A DNA stretch of 39,745 nt from the NCBI GenBank assembly GCA_048882045.1, contig JBHLRZ010000032.1, positions 1 through 39,745 of the forward strand. The letters run 5' to 3'. Below are positions 1 through 8,599 of this stretch, piece after piece (positions within the stretch are counted from its first letter, which is position 1; each line of letters opens with the position of its first letter). The DNA comes from Candidatus Thorarchaeota archaeon. GTDB taxonomy: Archaea > Asgardarchaeota > Thorarchaeia > Thorarchaeales > Thorarchaeaceae. The notes under the pieces were generated by a model, which saw only the letters and a program-made list of their open reading frames with translations, searched no databases and was not told where the DNA came from. The position numbers and the translations under genes were made by a program.

Positions 1-555
1 GGTGCTAGAACTGCTGAATTCCTTAACTCTATGCGTGAAAACGTACAGCATTACTTCATCGCAAACTGCAGTTTTGTGAATGAAGACATAACTGCCTTCT
101 ATCAGCAAACGGAACCAACCGCCTATGTGGACGGTGTCATGATGAACCGTACAGCTTCTGGTGGAGCTATTAACGTTCTATTCTCGCCTTGGGATGCTTA
201 CATTGTTGGCACTGGCACAGTATCTACTGAGCAATGGAATAGTCTTAGCGGAATCATCGTTGATGATGGAATAGGTCAGATGAATGAATCTGATACTACT
301 CCAGTATCTGGCATGTGGCCTTCTGATTTGCTCTTCGAAATATTCTTCACTGATTTGACCAGCTTCGTTGTACAATTTTCGAGTGCTGAAGGATTGGTAA
401 TGATTCAGAATGGTACATGGACAGGTACATACATGAATGGATGGCCAGTTAGTGCGAGTATGGGTGACCCGTTCTATCTTGAAGAAGACGGTCATTTCGC
501 TAGTGCGATCGATGCCCTCTATTCAATAATCACAAATACTGTAAGTTATCCGTAG
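1..555 (+). CDS. Hypothetical extracellular protein, C-terminal part (5' truncated by window edge)
   Basis: Frame +1 is open from base 1 (GGT GCT AGA ACT...) to TAG at 553-555. Acidic, S/T/G/N-rich, with N-x-S/T sequons (NCS, NRT, NES, NGT). Followed by a hairpin. Confidence 0.7.
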   Translation, partial: GARTAEFLNSMRENVQHYFIANCSFVNEDITAFYQQTEPTAYVDGVMMNRTASGGAINVLFSPWDAYIVGTGTVSTEQWNSLSGIIVDDGIGQMNESDTTPVSGMWPSDLLFEIFFTDLTSFVVQFSSAEGLVMIQNGTWTGTYMNGWPVSASMGDPFYLEEDGHFASAIDALYSIITNTVSYP

Positions 556-560
556 AAGAT

Positions 561-596
561 GGATGGGCTTTTGCGCCCATCCTCCCAATTTTATTT
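561..596 (+). terminator. Stem-loop plus T-rich tract after the first ORF
   Basis: GGATGGGC (561-568) pairs with GCCCATCC (575-582), loop TTTTGC, followed by AATTTTATTT. Confidence 0.55.
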
Positions 597-625
597 ATAG
601 ATGCACCATCATTCCATGCGTTACA

Positions 626-1072
626 ATGAATGAAGAAAGTGACAGAGACCTAGTTGATAAACTTCTCAAGGGTCGAACAATGAGCGTCTATGCGTTACTC
701 CTCTCACAGGGTGAGATGGGTGTGAGAGACGTTCAACGGTCACTTGGATTCTCTAGCCCCAGTCTGGCTCTCCATCATCTCACTAAACTTACGGAGCTTG
801 ACCTCGTTTCCAAGGATGTCTACGGAAACTACAGTGTGAAGAAGACAGTGAGGGTGGGATCTCTCTCACTGTTCATAAAGTTCGGAACACGTCTTCTACC
901 CCGTTTTCTCTTTCTTGGTACTCTGTTCAGCGCAATGTTGGTAGTCTATCTATGGTTCTTTGTGTCTTGGCCTTTAACTGGTGGGGATATCATGTTTCTA
1001 ACTATGAGTCTAATCGCCATCATTCTCTCATTCTATGAAACTCGTCGAATTTGGTTACTGAAACCTTTCTAA
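626..1072 (+). CDS. Membrane-anchored winged-helix (ArsR-like) transcriptional regulator
   Basis: wHTH pattern MSVYALLL..GEMGVRDVQRSLGFSSPSLALHHLTKLTELDLVSKD..GNY followed by two hydrophobic helices. Start moved from 563 to ATG 626 because 563 lies inside the upstream hairpin. Confidence 0.8.
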   Translation: MNEESDRDLVDKLLKGRTMSVYALLLSQGEMGVRDVQRSLGFSSPSLALHHLTKLTELDLVSKDVYGNYSVKKTVRVGSLSLFIKFGTRLLPRFLFLGTLFSAMLVVYLWFFVSWPLTGGDIMFLTMSLIAIILSFYETRRIWLLKPF

Positions 1073-1110
1073 TATCTCGGTTCTAATGAGAGGAAGATAT
1101 AGGTCTAAAT

Positions 1111-2427
1111 GTGTTGAATCGGAATGTACTAGTGGCGAGAAAACACGTATCGGATGATTCCCAATTGGAGCAGACAAAACTCGAACCCCAGCCAAAACCG
1201 GCAATGAAGAAGTCATACAATGACAGAGTGTGTGCTAAATGTATGGGACATCGTCATCTCTGCGGAATCAAACCATGTCCAATTCTTCTCAGGGCAAAGG
1301 CTCAAGCTCGTATCGATGGTGCATTCACTGGAACCAATCTGACAGGAGCATCACCTCCATCGGTCTTTGTTGGAGAGAGTGGGTATCCCAAGGTCCTTGC
1401 AGGTCCTCTTGTTCCGCCTGTTCGTTCAGACGAGGCGAAGGATATGGAACGACCGGACCACTGGCTGACGAAAACTATCGATGAGATTCTGGCACTACGA
1501 TTCAGTCTCGTTCGAACAAAGAAATACATCCCAGTCACAGCGGCATCAGATCCAACTAGAGAGCTCGCAGAAACACAGACTCTAGCATTGTCAGAAACTC
1601 CACTTGTATCTGAGGCAACTCTTCTAAAGAGACCCCAGTTTACTTCTGTTTTCTCAGACGTCACACTTCCAATCGGTCCATCAGCTCCTCTTCGTACATT
1701 CCATTTAGAGGACAATCCAACGGTTCCCAAAGTCATTGACCGAGTGACATCAGACACTGACCTTCTAGCAACTACTGGTGTAAAGGACCTATTTAATGGT
1801 GGAATACGACTAGAGCATATATCAAGGCTTTTCTCTGTTGGAACTCTGGGTCAGAAGAAGACACGCAGGTTGGTGCCAACTAAGTGGAGCATTACAGCAA
1901 CTGATGATATCATTGGAAGGCAGTTACATAAACAAGTACTGAGAAATACATGGATCAATGATTACAGGGTCAGCATTGATTACGCATTGGGTAATACTGT
2001 CGCCCTCCTCTTTCTACCTACTGGCTGGCAATTCGAAGCTATGGAGTCCTGGTTGGGAGGTCTCAACCCTCCAATCATCACAGACCAAGAATGGTTCAAG
2101 GGTCGTAAGACCTATGCTCAAGATGTAGTTGGTGCATATTACGCAACAAGACTTCCCGCATTGGAGTATCTTGTTAATATTCAGAGACAGGCTGGAGTAC
2201 TCGTCTTTATGGAGATTGATCCACAGCACTGGGTACCCCTTGGTGTATGGCGGTTCAGAGAGATTGCCATGAGGGCATTGGAAACAGATGTGAAGAGTTT
2301 CACCAGTTTGGATGAAGCATTGAGTGAGATTGCTACTCACCTACGCATACCAATGAAACGATGGTTGGAAGCGAGTAAGCTGTATCCTGAGATTCTGAGT
2401 CAGACAAAGCTGACTGATTTCATGTGA
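1111..2427 (+). CDS. nreA: Archaeal DNA repair protein NreA (PCNA-interacting)
   Basis: N-terminal zinc motif CAKCMG..LCG..PCP, SPPSVFVG..GYPKV, RRLVPTKWSITATD, GAYYATRL, PLGVW..RE, and C-terminal PIP box QTKLTDFM. True start may be slightly downstream. Confidence 0.92.
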   Translation: MLNRNVLVARKHVSDDSQLEQTKLEPQPKPAMKKSYNDRVCAKCMGHRHLCGIKPCPILLRAKAQARIDGAFTGTNLTGASPPSVFVGESGYPKVLAGPLVPPVRSDEAKDMERPDHWLTKTIDEILALRFSLVRTKKYIPVTAASDPTRELAETQTLALSETPLVSEATLLKRPQFTSVFSDVTLPIGPSAPLRTFHLEDNPTVPKVIDRVTSDTDLLATTGVKDLFNGGIRLEHISRLFSVGTLGQKKTRRLVPTKWSITATDDIIGRQLHKQVLRNTWINDYRVSIDYALGNTVALLFLPTGWQFEAMESWLGGLNPPIITDQEWFKGRKTYAQDVVGAYYATRLPALEYLVNIQRQAGVLVFMEIDPQHWVPLGVWRFREIAMRALETDVKSFTSLDEALSEIATHLRIPMKRWLEASKLYPEILSQTKLTDFM

Positions 2428-2475
2428 ACCCTGACTTCTGGTAAAACCATCCAATGAATCTATCATACATTTGTC

Positions 2476-2487
2476 TTTTAATATAAA
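2476..2487 (+). promoter_or_regulatory. Putative archaeal TATA box for the surface-protein gene
   Basis: TTTTAATATAAA about 30-40 nt upstream of ATG 2517; AGGAG SD-like motif before the start. Confidence 0.4.
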
Positions 2488-2516
2488 ACTCAATAGAGAA
2501 TACAGGAGATTTTGAT

Positions 2517-3860
2517 ATGCGCGCTACTAAAAGCAAGCTCATGACCCTCTGGGTCTTGGGTCTTCTCGCAATGCCATTTGTCTTGATTCCAAACACCAGT
2601 GCCTACACACCGGGTGACGAAGCGGCTGTTTTTGGCCACACCTTTGACGAAGAGTACTGGACAAATGATTCTATTTTCGTGGAAGGAACAAATGGGGACG
2701 GTAGTCTAACGACATCGTATGTAAACGTTGGTGATTTTGAAGCATTCTTGATTGCTTTCAACGAGTTCAATCATACCAATGGTCAACAGATGATTGTACC
2801 GTATCAGCTGTTTGGAATGCACTTCATAACACCTGGAAATCAGGAAGTCTTCATTGGAGCAGTATTTGCCTTCCTACTGGTTCATAATGAAACCTATGGT
2901 GATAATCAGTTACCTGATGTTGGCAACGAACCCTCTTGGTATGTTGTTCCAATAGCCAACTCAACAACATGGCCTGAATACACTCCATCAGTAGAAGCTA
3001 TCCCTGCTACCAAGCTCAGCGATAATCATTATCGCATGGGAATGCACTACTATAACCTGACATGCAGAATTGTTGATGCAAATAATCCAATAGGATTTTG
3101 GTTATCTCTTGGCATTCCAATACTTGAGGTAGTAGTCAGCGAACTGACCATTCAGTATGATATCACAATTGATGAAACTGGACAGGTTCATTCTGAAACG
3201 CTGTACACAATTGGTCAGGTCAAGGAGCTCAATCTATGGGGTGTGGAACAGAATCCAAGTGACATCATCAACGAGAACATGGAAGTATCTGCGGTTCACT
3301 TTTTGTCCATCTTTGCAAGTGAATACACTGTGGTTGGCCAAACAAGTGGTAACACCATTGCTTCACCCACAGACACCACTCCATTGGACGAAGATGTGTC
3401 AATTCAAATTGGTGCTAGTGAGCGAGCCTTTGATATTGGATTTGGACGGTCATATGATCTCATCAATGAAACTTCAGGCGCTACTGAAAGTAGTGGTCTG
3501 ACTGCAATCAACACTCTTCTTGGTGTGAGACTGAGCGACCTAATCCTGATTCTTTGGCAAGCACCGATATCTGCGTGGCTCTTTGCACACATGTCCTATG
3601 GTCTATCTACTCAGATGCAGAATACCTATGCAACAGTTGGGGATATGGTGGCGAATGTGAACACTGCGTTCACCAATACGAATTGGTGGTACGCTGTGAC
3701 CTTCCCAACCTGGAATGGACTTAGAGTCGAGCAGGATCCAGTATATACCGCCTATACCAACCTCTACGCTGAACCGTCAGCGGGTGGAGGAGGTCTCATT
3801 CTCCTTGTTGGTCTAGTAGTCGGCGTGATTGCAATCGTCTGGATTATTCGACGACGCTAG
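2517..3860 (+). CDS. Secreted, C-terminally membrane-anchored surface glycoprotein (unknown family)
   Basis: Signal peptide (MRATKSK + hydrophobic stretch + TSA|Y), acidic body with six sequons (NDS, NHT, NET, NST, NLT, NET), C-terminal GGGG linker, TM helix and RRR. Confidence 0.85.
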   Translation: MRATKSKLMTLWVLGLLAMPFVLIPNTSAYTPGDEAAVFGHTFDEEYWTNDSIFVEGTNGDGSLTTSYVNVGDFEAFLIAFNEFNHTNGQQMIVPYQLFGMHFITPGNQEVFIGAVFAFLLVHNETYGDNQLPDVGNEPSWYVVPIANSTTWPEYTPSVEAIPATKLSDNHYRMGMHYYNLTCRIVDANNPIGFWLSLGIPILEVVVSELTIQYDITIDETGQVHSETLYTIGQVKELNLWGVEQNPSDIINENMEVSAVHFLSIFASEYTVVGQTSGNTIASPTDTTPLDEDVSIQIGASERAFDIGFGRSYDLINETSGATESSGLTAINTLLGVRLSDLILILWQAPISAWLFAHMSYGLSTQMQNTYATVGDMVANVNTAFTNTNWWYAVTFPTWNGLRVEQDPVYTAYTNLYAEPSAGGGGLILLVGLVVGVIAIVWIIRRR

Positions 3861-3873
3861 CATATGAACCACT

Positions 3874-3911
3874 CCTGGGGACTGGGTTCCCCAGGTTCCT
3901 TTTTCTTTTTT
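3874..3911 (+). terminator. Intrinsic terminator-like hairpin plus T-tract
   Basis: CCTGGGGA (3874-3881) pairs with TCCCCAGG (3888-3895), followed by TTCCTTTTTCTTTTTT. Confidence 0.7.
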
Positions 3912-3965
3912 ACATCGGGCAATTTAAGAGATGATTAGAGGACTTGCCTTTAGAGGAACTGGACA

Positions 3966-5477
3966 GTGATTTACGAGAGACTCTGCCGTATTAGTGAGAA
4001 ATTCGGAAGAGTTGGCGATTCAGACAAGGATAGAGAGCTCGAGAAAGCTGTCAAGTTTCTAGATCCAATCATGAAAATCACAGTCCGAGGAATCAAGGGG
4101 GCCGCTCTCGTTTGCTTCTTGCTTACAATTTTCATGGTGCCCATTGTTCTCGGTATTCTGAATGTGCCGCTTATAATCAATCTTCCAATAACAGGTTTGG
4201 CGGCAGTGATTTCGTTTTACATCGTGGGGAATTATCCAATATCAATTATGAGCAGTTACAAACTTGGGCTCTCTGAAGAAGCTGACCTAGTCTTTGAACA
4301 GTTCATTCTTGTGTTCCAGTCCGGAGGTACAATCTTTGATGCCATCGAGATGGTCGCTCAGTCTGAACATCCGTATCTTTCGAAGGCATTCCGACAGATG
4401 ATTGTGCGGATAAATGACGGTACACCGCCTGAGACCTGTCTAATGGAATTTTCGAAGAACCAACCTTCTGATGACCTCAGACGTTATTTCATGGCAATCC
4501 TATCATCTCTTGAGAAGAAGACTGATCTCATAGAGAGCCTATCTGGAGAGTCCTTTGAAGCAGACTTGGCTCTTAGGCAGAAGAATCTTGAGCTTGAGAG
4601 CAGACTACTAATTGTAACAGCACTTGTGACATATGTACCAATCATGTTCACACTAGCTGCATCACTAGCAGGATTCTCTATGAACCCCCTCGTGCTACTC
4701 ATGATTCCTGTGTTCATCATTGTAAATGCTCTACTCCGAAGTAGATTCTCTCGTCAATTCTTGGCCTATTTTGACAGACCAAGAGATCAGACAATAGTCC
4801 CTCCATCTCAGAAGGACATAATTGCTGAATATGATGAGTTCCTCAACTTCCTCATGCTCATAGGTGAGCGTCTGAGCACTGGTGACACTCTCGAGGTTGC
4901 ACTGCCCAGTGTAAGGGATGATCTTGAACCCCGAGCCCAAAAACTTGTGGACATAGCTATTGACTCTATTTACAAAGAAGAAACAGGCATAGTTGCAGCA
5001 ATGCGTCGTGCATCAGAGGCTGCGTTAGGACAGAGGGTTTCCCAGATGCTCAACATGATTGTATTGATGTGTGAGACCTCTGCCATTGATGCTGGAATGC
5101 GTATTTCAAGAATTGCCTCTCGGCTCGTGAAACGGTCTGCTGTGGCAAAAGAGCGCGATTCAATCATAGCAGCACAACGGATGAAGGTTTACCTACTCAC
5201 ACTGACTAGTTCAGCAGTCTTGGGAATGCTTGCTTCATTGGCTCCATTTCTTTACATTGGAGAACTACTCTCAGGGGGGTTCACTTGGAATCCTGGAAGT
5301 ATAACCACAATTGACATACTGCCCCTCTTGGTTACACTTGGAGTCACAACTCTGTCTACCGGTTATCAGAACACACAAATGGTGAGTGGAAATCGTCCAA
5401 CATTAATGGGCCTCATATGTATACTGCTATTTTGGATGTCTTTCTCTCTTTCATCTACTTTGATGGGTATCAGCTAA
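3966..5477 (+). CDS. Type II secretion system F-family / TadB-TadC / FlaJ-like membrane platform protein (two T2SSF-like halves)
   Basis: Two repeats of the T2SSF pattern (ILVFQSGGTIFDAIEMVA..LSKAFRQM...INDG.PPE..L; LIGERLSTGDTLEVAL), each followed by TM helices. Confidence 0.8.
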   Translation: MIYERLCRISEKFGRVGDSDKDRELEKAVKFLDPIMKITVRGIKGAALVCFLLTIFMVPIVLGILNVPLIINLPITGLAAVISFYIVGNYPISIMSSYKLGLSEEADLVFEQFILVFQSGGTIFDAIEMVAQSEHPYLSKAFRQMIVRINDGTPPETCLMEFSKNQPSDDLRRYFMAILSSLEKKTDLIESLSGESFEADLALRQKNLELESRLLIVTALVTYVPIMFTLAASLAGFSMNPLVLLMIPVFIIVNALLRSRFSRQFLAYFDRPRDQTIVPPSQKDIIAEYDEFLNFLMLIGERLSTGDTLEVALPSVRDDLEPRAQKLVDIAIDSIYKEETGIVAAMRRASEAALGQRVSQMLNMIVLMCETSAIDAGMRISRIASRLVKRSAVAKERDSIIAAQRMKVYLLTLTSSAVLGMLASLAPFLYIGELLSGGFTWNPGSITTIDILPLLVTLGVTTLSTGYQNTQMVSGNRPTLMGLICILLFWMSFSLSSTLMGIS

Positions 5478-5538
5478 CGTAAGAATGATTTATTTGCGCA
5501 GGTGCTTATGACGGACCTAGTTAGGATGAGGTGTAATA

Positions 5539-6189
5539 ATGCTTCAAATCCCATTTCTTGATTGGACATTGGAAGATATCATGCTCTTTTTCCAGGATGA
5601 TTGGATACTTGCATGGACTCTGATATTGTCAGGAGGACTCCTCGCCATTTGGCTGTTGGAGAACATTACGGACCCAATCCCATTGTTAGGCACTATCTTC
5701 GATGGTCTTGTTGCTGTGGGAACCTATTTGGGCTTCTTCGTTGGTATTCTTGACATATTTGTAGGATATGTTGTATGGTCCACACAACCTGGAGCGACCA
5801 TAGTAGCTGGTGTTCTGGTCCTCATGGGCTTTTCATTGGTCATGAGGGTGCTTTCGAAGTTCCCCCTAGCTATAGTGTTCGCTCTTGCTGTGGCTGCTTT
5901 TGGTGCCGCAACGATCTACGCATTCCTACTTCCATATGCTGATCCATTGATTCCAGTCATTGGTGACGCGGCTGTATGGCTTACTTCTGGAAAAGGTCTG
6001 ATAGTGATTGGATTCATCATCTTCTGTGTTGCTTATGTTATTGGTGGGTTGATCATCAAGCTGATTCAACTAATTGGCAAGATATTCGCATCAGTTCCTG
6101 TGAGTGTCCTTGTTGGACTTGCAGCAATCGCAGTTGGAGTGATTGTAATCCTCAATCCTGCTTTGGTTGGACTTGTGGCTTGGCCATAA
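5539..6189 (+). CDS. Polytopic membrane protein of unknown function
   Basis: About 6-7 hydrophobic helices; GAGGTG SD-like motif; weak internal repeat (DPIPLLG / DPLIPVIG; LSKFPLAIV / FASVPVSVL). Confidence 0.8.
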   Translation: MLQIPFLDWTLEDIMLFFQDDWILAWTLILSGGLLAIWLLENITDPIPLLGTIFDGLVAVGTYLGFFVGILDIFVGYVVWSTQPGATIVAGVLVLMGFSLVMRVLSKFPLAIVFALAVAAFGAATIYAFLLPYADPLIPVIGDAAVWLTSGKGLIVIGFIIFCVAYVIGGLIIKLIQLIGKIFASVPVSVLVGLAAIAVGVIVILNPALVGLVAWP

Positions 6190-6194
6190 GAACA

Positions 6195-6226
6195 GAGGGG
6201 GTTTTCCCCTCCTTCCTTCTTTTTCT
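6195..6226 (+). terminator. Hairpin plus pyrimidine/T tract between convergent genes
   Basis: GAGGGG (6195-6200) pairs with CCCCTC (6206-6211), followed by CTTCCTTCTTTTTCT. Confidence 0.6.
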
Positions 6227-6235
6227 AAAACTAAT

Positions 6236-6496
6236 TTACATTGGTTTTCTAATCTCTCTGAAGTAGAGAAACTTGAGATCTTTATCTGAATAGAACTTGG
6301 CTGCTGCGTCAATGGCTTTCTTCGCTGCGATTATTCCTTCAATCCACTCGGATACATAGAATTTCTTATCAGGATCAATCTGATTGTTTGCTACTTTGAA
6401 TCCCTCCGGGATTTCAAACTGTTCAGGTACAAGCAATGCAACACGGAAGGTCGACATGCCGGACTCGGATTCCAGCCAGAGTTCACTGTATGTCAT
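6236..6496 (-). CDS. Small hypothetical protein (86 aa)
   Basis: ATG start with AGGATGA upstream, protein-like composition, fills the gap between two genes. Confidence 0.7.
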   Translation of the reverse strand: MTYSELWLESESGMSTFRVALLVPEQFEIPEGFKVANNQIDPDKKFYVSEWIEGIIAAKKAIDAAAKFYSDKDLKFLYFREIRKPM

Positions 6497-6597
6497 AGAT
6501 TTTCATCCTGATTCAAGAAATCACACCGATTAAGGTTTACTTGTACCAAAATCGCTCTTCCCAAAGGACTCATATAGTAGCTTTGCATCAGGCCTAG

Positions 6598-6630
6598 TCA
6601 ATACAAGTAGACACGAATACTGTCTATTGA
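6598..6630. promoter_or_regulatory. Inverted/direct repeat, candidate operator of the RHH regulator
   Basis: TAGACA (6608-6613) / TGTCTA (6621-6626) inverted repeat, TCAATA / TATTGA outer arms, AATAC direct repeat; 20-50 nt upstream of the RHH gene. Confidence 0.35.
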
Positions 6631-6650
6631 TTTTAATGAGGATGAAAGAG

Positions 6651-7196
6651 ATGTCGAAGAGTGACGAGTCTGACAAGAAGAAAATCATTAGTGTCACAAT
6701 GAGTCAGTCACTTGTAAACAGGATTGATGACCTTGTACAGGAACGAGTTGGAAGGTCTCGAGCTCAGTTGATTGAAGATTCTGTAAGATGGTTTCTTGAT
6801 TTCACCGTTCACAAGTGGACCGAGCGAGGAATCTATGTCAATGCATCACGAGCGGTTTTTGAATCTGAAACCCAGTCATCACTATTTTTCTCATCGCTGA
6901 CTCCCTCTGATCAATATGATTTAGGAGGAACTGCTGGAAAACAAGCTCCGATAGCAGATGCTGTTCGGCTCTATCATGGTGAGGATCCAAGAAAGGCTGG
7001 AGCCCGCACATTGGTCTTACGGCTTCTTCAAGAAAATGGTTGGGGATCAATAGACCTCAAGGATGACCTGATAATAATAGGGAGCCCCTTCTATCCTCCC
7101 CCATTCATCCGGGGATATCTGGAGTCACTACTAGGTGTCAAACTTGAAGTTGTTGAAACTGATATCAAAGAAAATGTAGCACTCAGAATCCTGTGA
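6651..7196 (+). CDS. Ribbon-helix-helix (CopG/NikR-type) regulator fused to a V4R-like domain
   Basis: RHH pattern KKIISVTMSQSLVNRIDDLV..RVGRSRAQLIEDSV; C-terminal YDLG..AGK...ENGWGSI...PFIRGYLESLLG resembles the V4R/H-NOX-like fold. Start 6651 (or 6642). Confidence 0.75.
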   Translation: MSKSDESDKKKIISVTMSQSLVNRIDDLVQERVGRSRAQLIEDSVRWFLDFTVHKWTERGIYVNASRAVFESETQSSLFFSSLTPSDQYDLGGTAGKQAPIADAVRLYHGEDPRKAGARTLVLRLLQENGWGSIDLKDDLIIIGSPFYPPPFIRGYLESLLGVKLEVVETDIKENVALRIL

Positions 7197-7206
7197 GAAT
7201 ATCAAT

Positions 7207-7632
7207 CTACCATTCTTGACCTATCTCGAGTATTTCAAATTCACTCTCATAGAGACCAGGTATACTCTCGATCGTCGACTTGATTGTTTCTTGTTTGCTC
7301 TTTATGTTGTCAGCTGAGAAGTACACTTCATATATGCATCGATTCTGTTCGAAACAAAAGCCGGTTGTGAAGAGAACTTTGAGGTCGTGTTGTTTGAATA
7401 GCTGAGTCATTGTCTGCATTAGGGCTGGATTCACCTTCTCTACTTCTAGTCTTACCCGTGCCCCTCCTTCTCTCATCATGGGTATCAGACGGATTTCTCC
7501 TGACCTCTCGAAGTAGATCACCATTGCAGCCTTCATGTCTTTAAGTTCTGCATTTTTGAAGAAGTCATCTGGAAGGCTAATCTCTTTCTTCTTGTGAACG
7601 TCAGCTATCATTCCCTTTGTAATACCGGCCAC
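7207..7632 (-). CDS. Putative AbrB-like N-terminal domain plus ACT-like domain protein
   Basis: N-terminal IADVHKKKEISLPDDF...G/EIRLIP resembles an AbrB/SpoVT swapped hairpin; C-terminal beta-alpha-beta-beta-alpha-beta pattern (VRLEV..NPALMQTMTQLF..HDLKVLFTTG...IESIPGL). Confidence 0.6.
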   Translation of the reverse strand: MAGITKGMIADVHKKKEISLPDDFFKNAELKDMKAAMVIYFERSGEIRLIPMMREGGARVRLEVEKVNPALMQTMTQLFKQHDLKVLFTTGFCFEQNRCIYEVYFSADNIKSKQETIKSTIESIPGLYESEFEILEIGQEW

Positions 7633-7790
7633 CTAAATCGCCTCTTACCTGTCCTAATGCTTGAAGGTCATTACAGTATTTGAGTCTTTAGCGACTGTTG
7701 CTAAAGAGCAATCTCGTAAAAGCATGCGATGTTCCTTGGGCAGAAACTCATAAATCTGAGAAAATACTCGTGCAGTTTGAGGTTCATATT

Positions 7791-7913
7791 ATGGCGAAGG
7801 AAGGCGGTATCTATGTTTGTGATGTATGTCAACAAGTTATTGAAGTCAAGAAATCAGGGGTTGGGACACTTGTATGTTGCAATCAACCCATGCGACTCTT
7901 TGAAGACGACTGA
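7791..7913 (+). CDS. Stand-alone desulforedoxin (desulfoferrodoxin FeS4 domain) protein, 40 aa
   Basis: YVCDVCQQVIEV....G.LVCCNQPM (CxxC...CC). ATG 7791 preceded by GAGGT. Confidence 0.88.
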   Translation: MAKEGGIYVCDVCQQVIEVKKSGVGTLVCCNQPMRLFEDD

Positions 7914-7931
7914 TCAATGAACACTTGATAA

Positions 7932-7940
7932 TGTTTATAT
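7932..7940 (+). promoter_or_regulatory. Putative TATA box of Rpb5-like copy 1
   Basis: TGTTTATAT, identical to the element upstream of copy 2; GAGGAG SD-like motif downstream. Confidence 0.45.
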
Positions 7941-7988
7941 TCACTTCCTAGGGCGAATCCTAGCCACCGCATCGAGGAGTGTATTTCA

Positions 7989-8552
7989 ATGATTGACTTG
8001 CCCCAATCTGTAATGAAGACAAGAAGTCTTCTAAATCTACGTTCATATTCCATAAGTGAGGTCTTTGAGTATGAGAATAGGTACGTAATGTACCCTGTAC
8101 GCAAGTTTGAAGGAGAATCTCACAAGTATGTTGTTTGGATTTTAAAAGAACCCAAAGTCGTTGGTGTCGCTTTAGTGAGAGACCTATCTCGTGAAATGGA
8201 AGAAACAGAGTCACTCCGAGGAATGCTCGTAGGAGGTAGCCGTTTCACACCTGCTGCTAAAAAGATTGCACGGGCATCAAAAATTGAGCTCATCGTTGGA
8301 AACTATGCTTCCTTTGATCTCTTTCAACATGAGTTAGTTCCACAACACATCATTGCCTTAGATGAAGAGGTTCAGCTGGTCTTGGAACACTATGGTATTA
8401 AAAAGAGTCAGTTACCAAGAATCTTCAGGGATGATCCAGCAGTTAAGGTTCTAGGAGCACGACCTGGTCAGGTCATTCGAGTACAAAGGGAAAGCCCCAC
8501 TGCGGGTAAGGTCTTCTACTATAGACTAGTTGTAGATAGCAGTAGCAGCTAG
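7989..8552 (+). CDS. rpo5: RNA polymerase subunit Rpo5/RpoH with eukaryote Rpb5-like N-terminal jaw domain, copy 1
   Basis: C-terminal HELVPQH...EHYGI.KSQLPRI..DDPAVKVLGARPGQVIRV.RESPTAG..YYRLVV is Rpo5/Rpb5_C. The ~110 aa N-extension has EPKVVGV...GMLV....FTPAAKK, matching the Rpb5 N-domain pattern. Confidence 0.92.
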   Translation: MIDLPQSVMKTRSLLNLRSYSISEVFEYENRYVMYPVRKFEGESHKYVVWILKEPKVVGVALVRDLSREMEETESLRGMLVGGSRFTPAAKKIARASKIELIVGNYASFDLFQHELVPQHIIALDEEVQLVLEHYGIKKSQLPRIFRDDPAVKVLGARPGQVIRVQRESPTAGKVFYYRLVVDSSSS

Positions 8553-8560
8553 AATCGTAT

Positions 8561-8569
8561 TGTTTATAT
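8561..8569 (+). promoter_or_regulatory. Putative TATA box of Rpb5-like copy 2
   Basis: TGTTTATAT in the 47-nt gap between the paralogs. Confidence 0.45.
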
Positions 8570-8599
8570 CAAACGGTTAGCATCGACCCACTTGATTGG

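Noticed and set aside
563-625. N-terminal extension of the wHTH ORF
   Set aside because: Overlaps the upstream hairpin and an AT-rich promoter-like tract; ATG 626 is more plausible.
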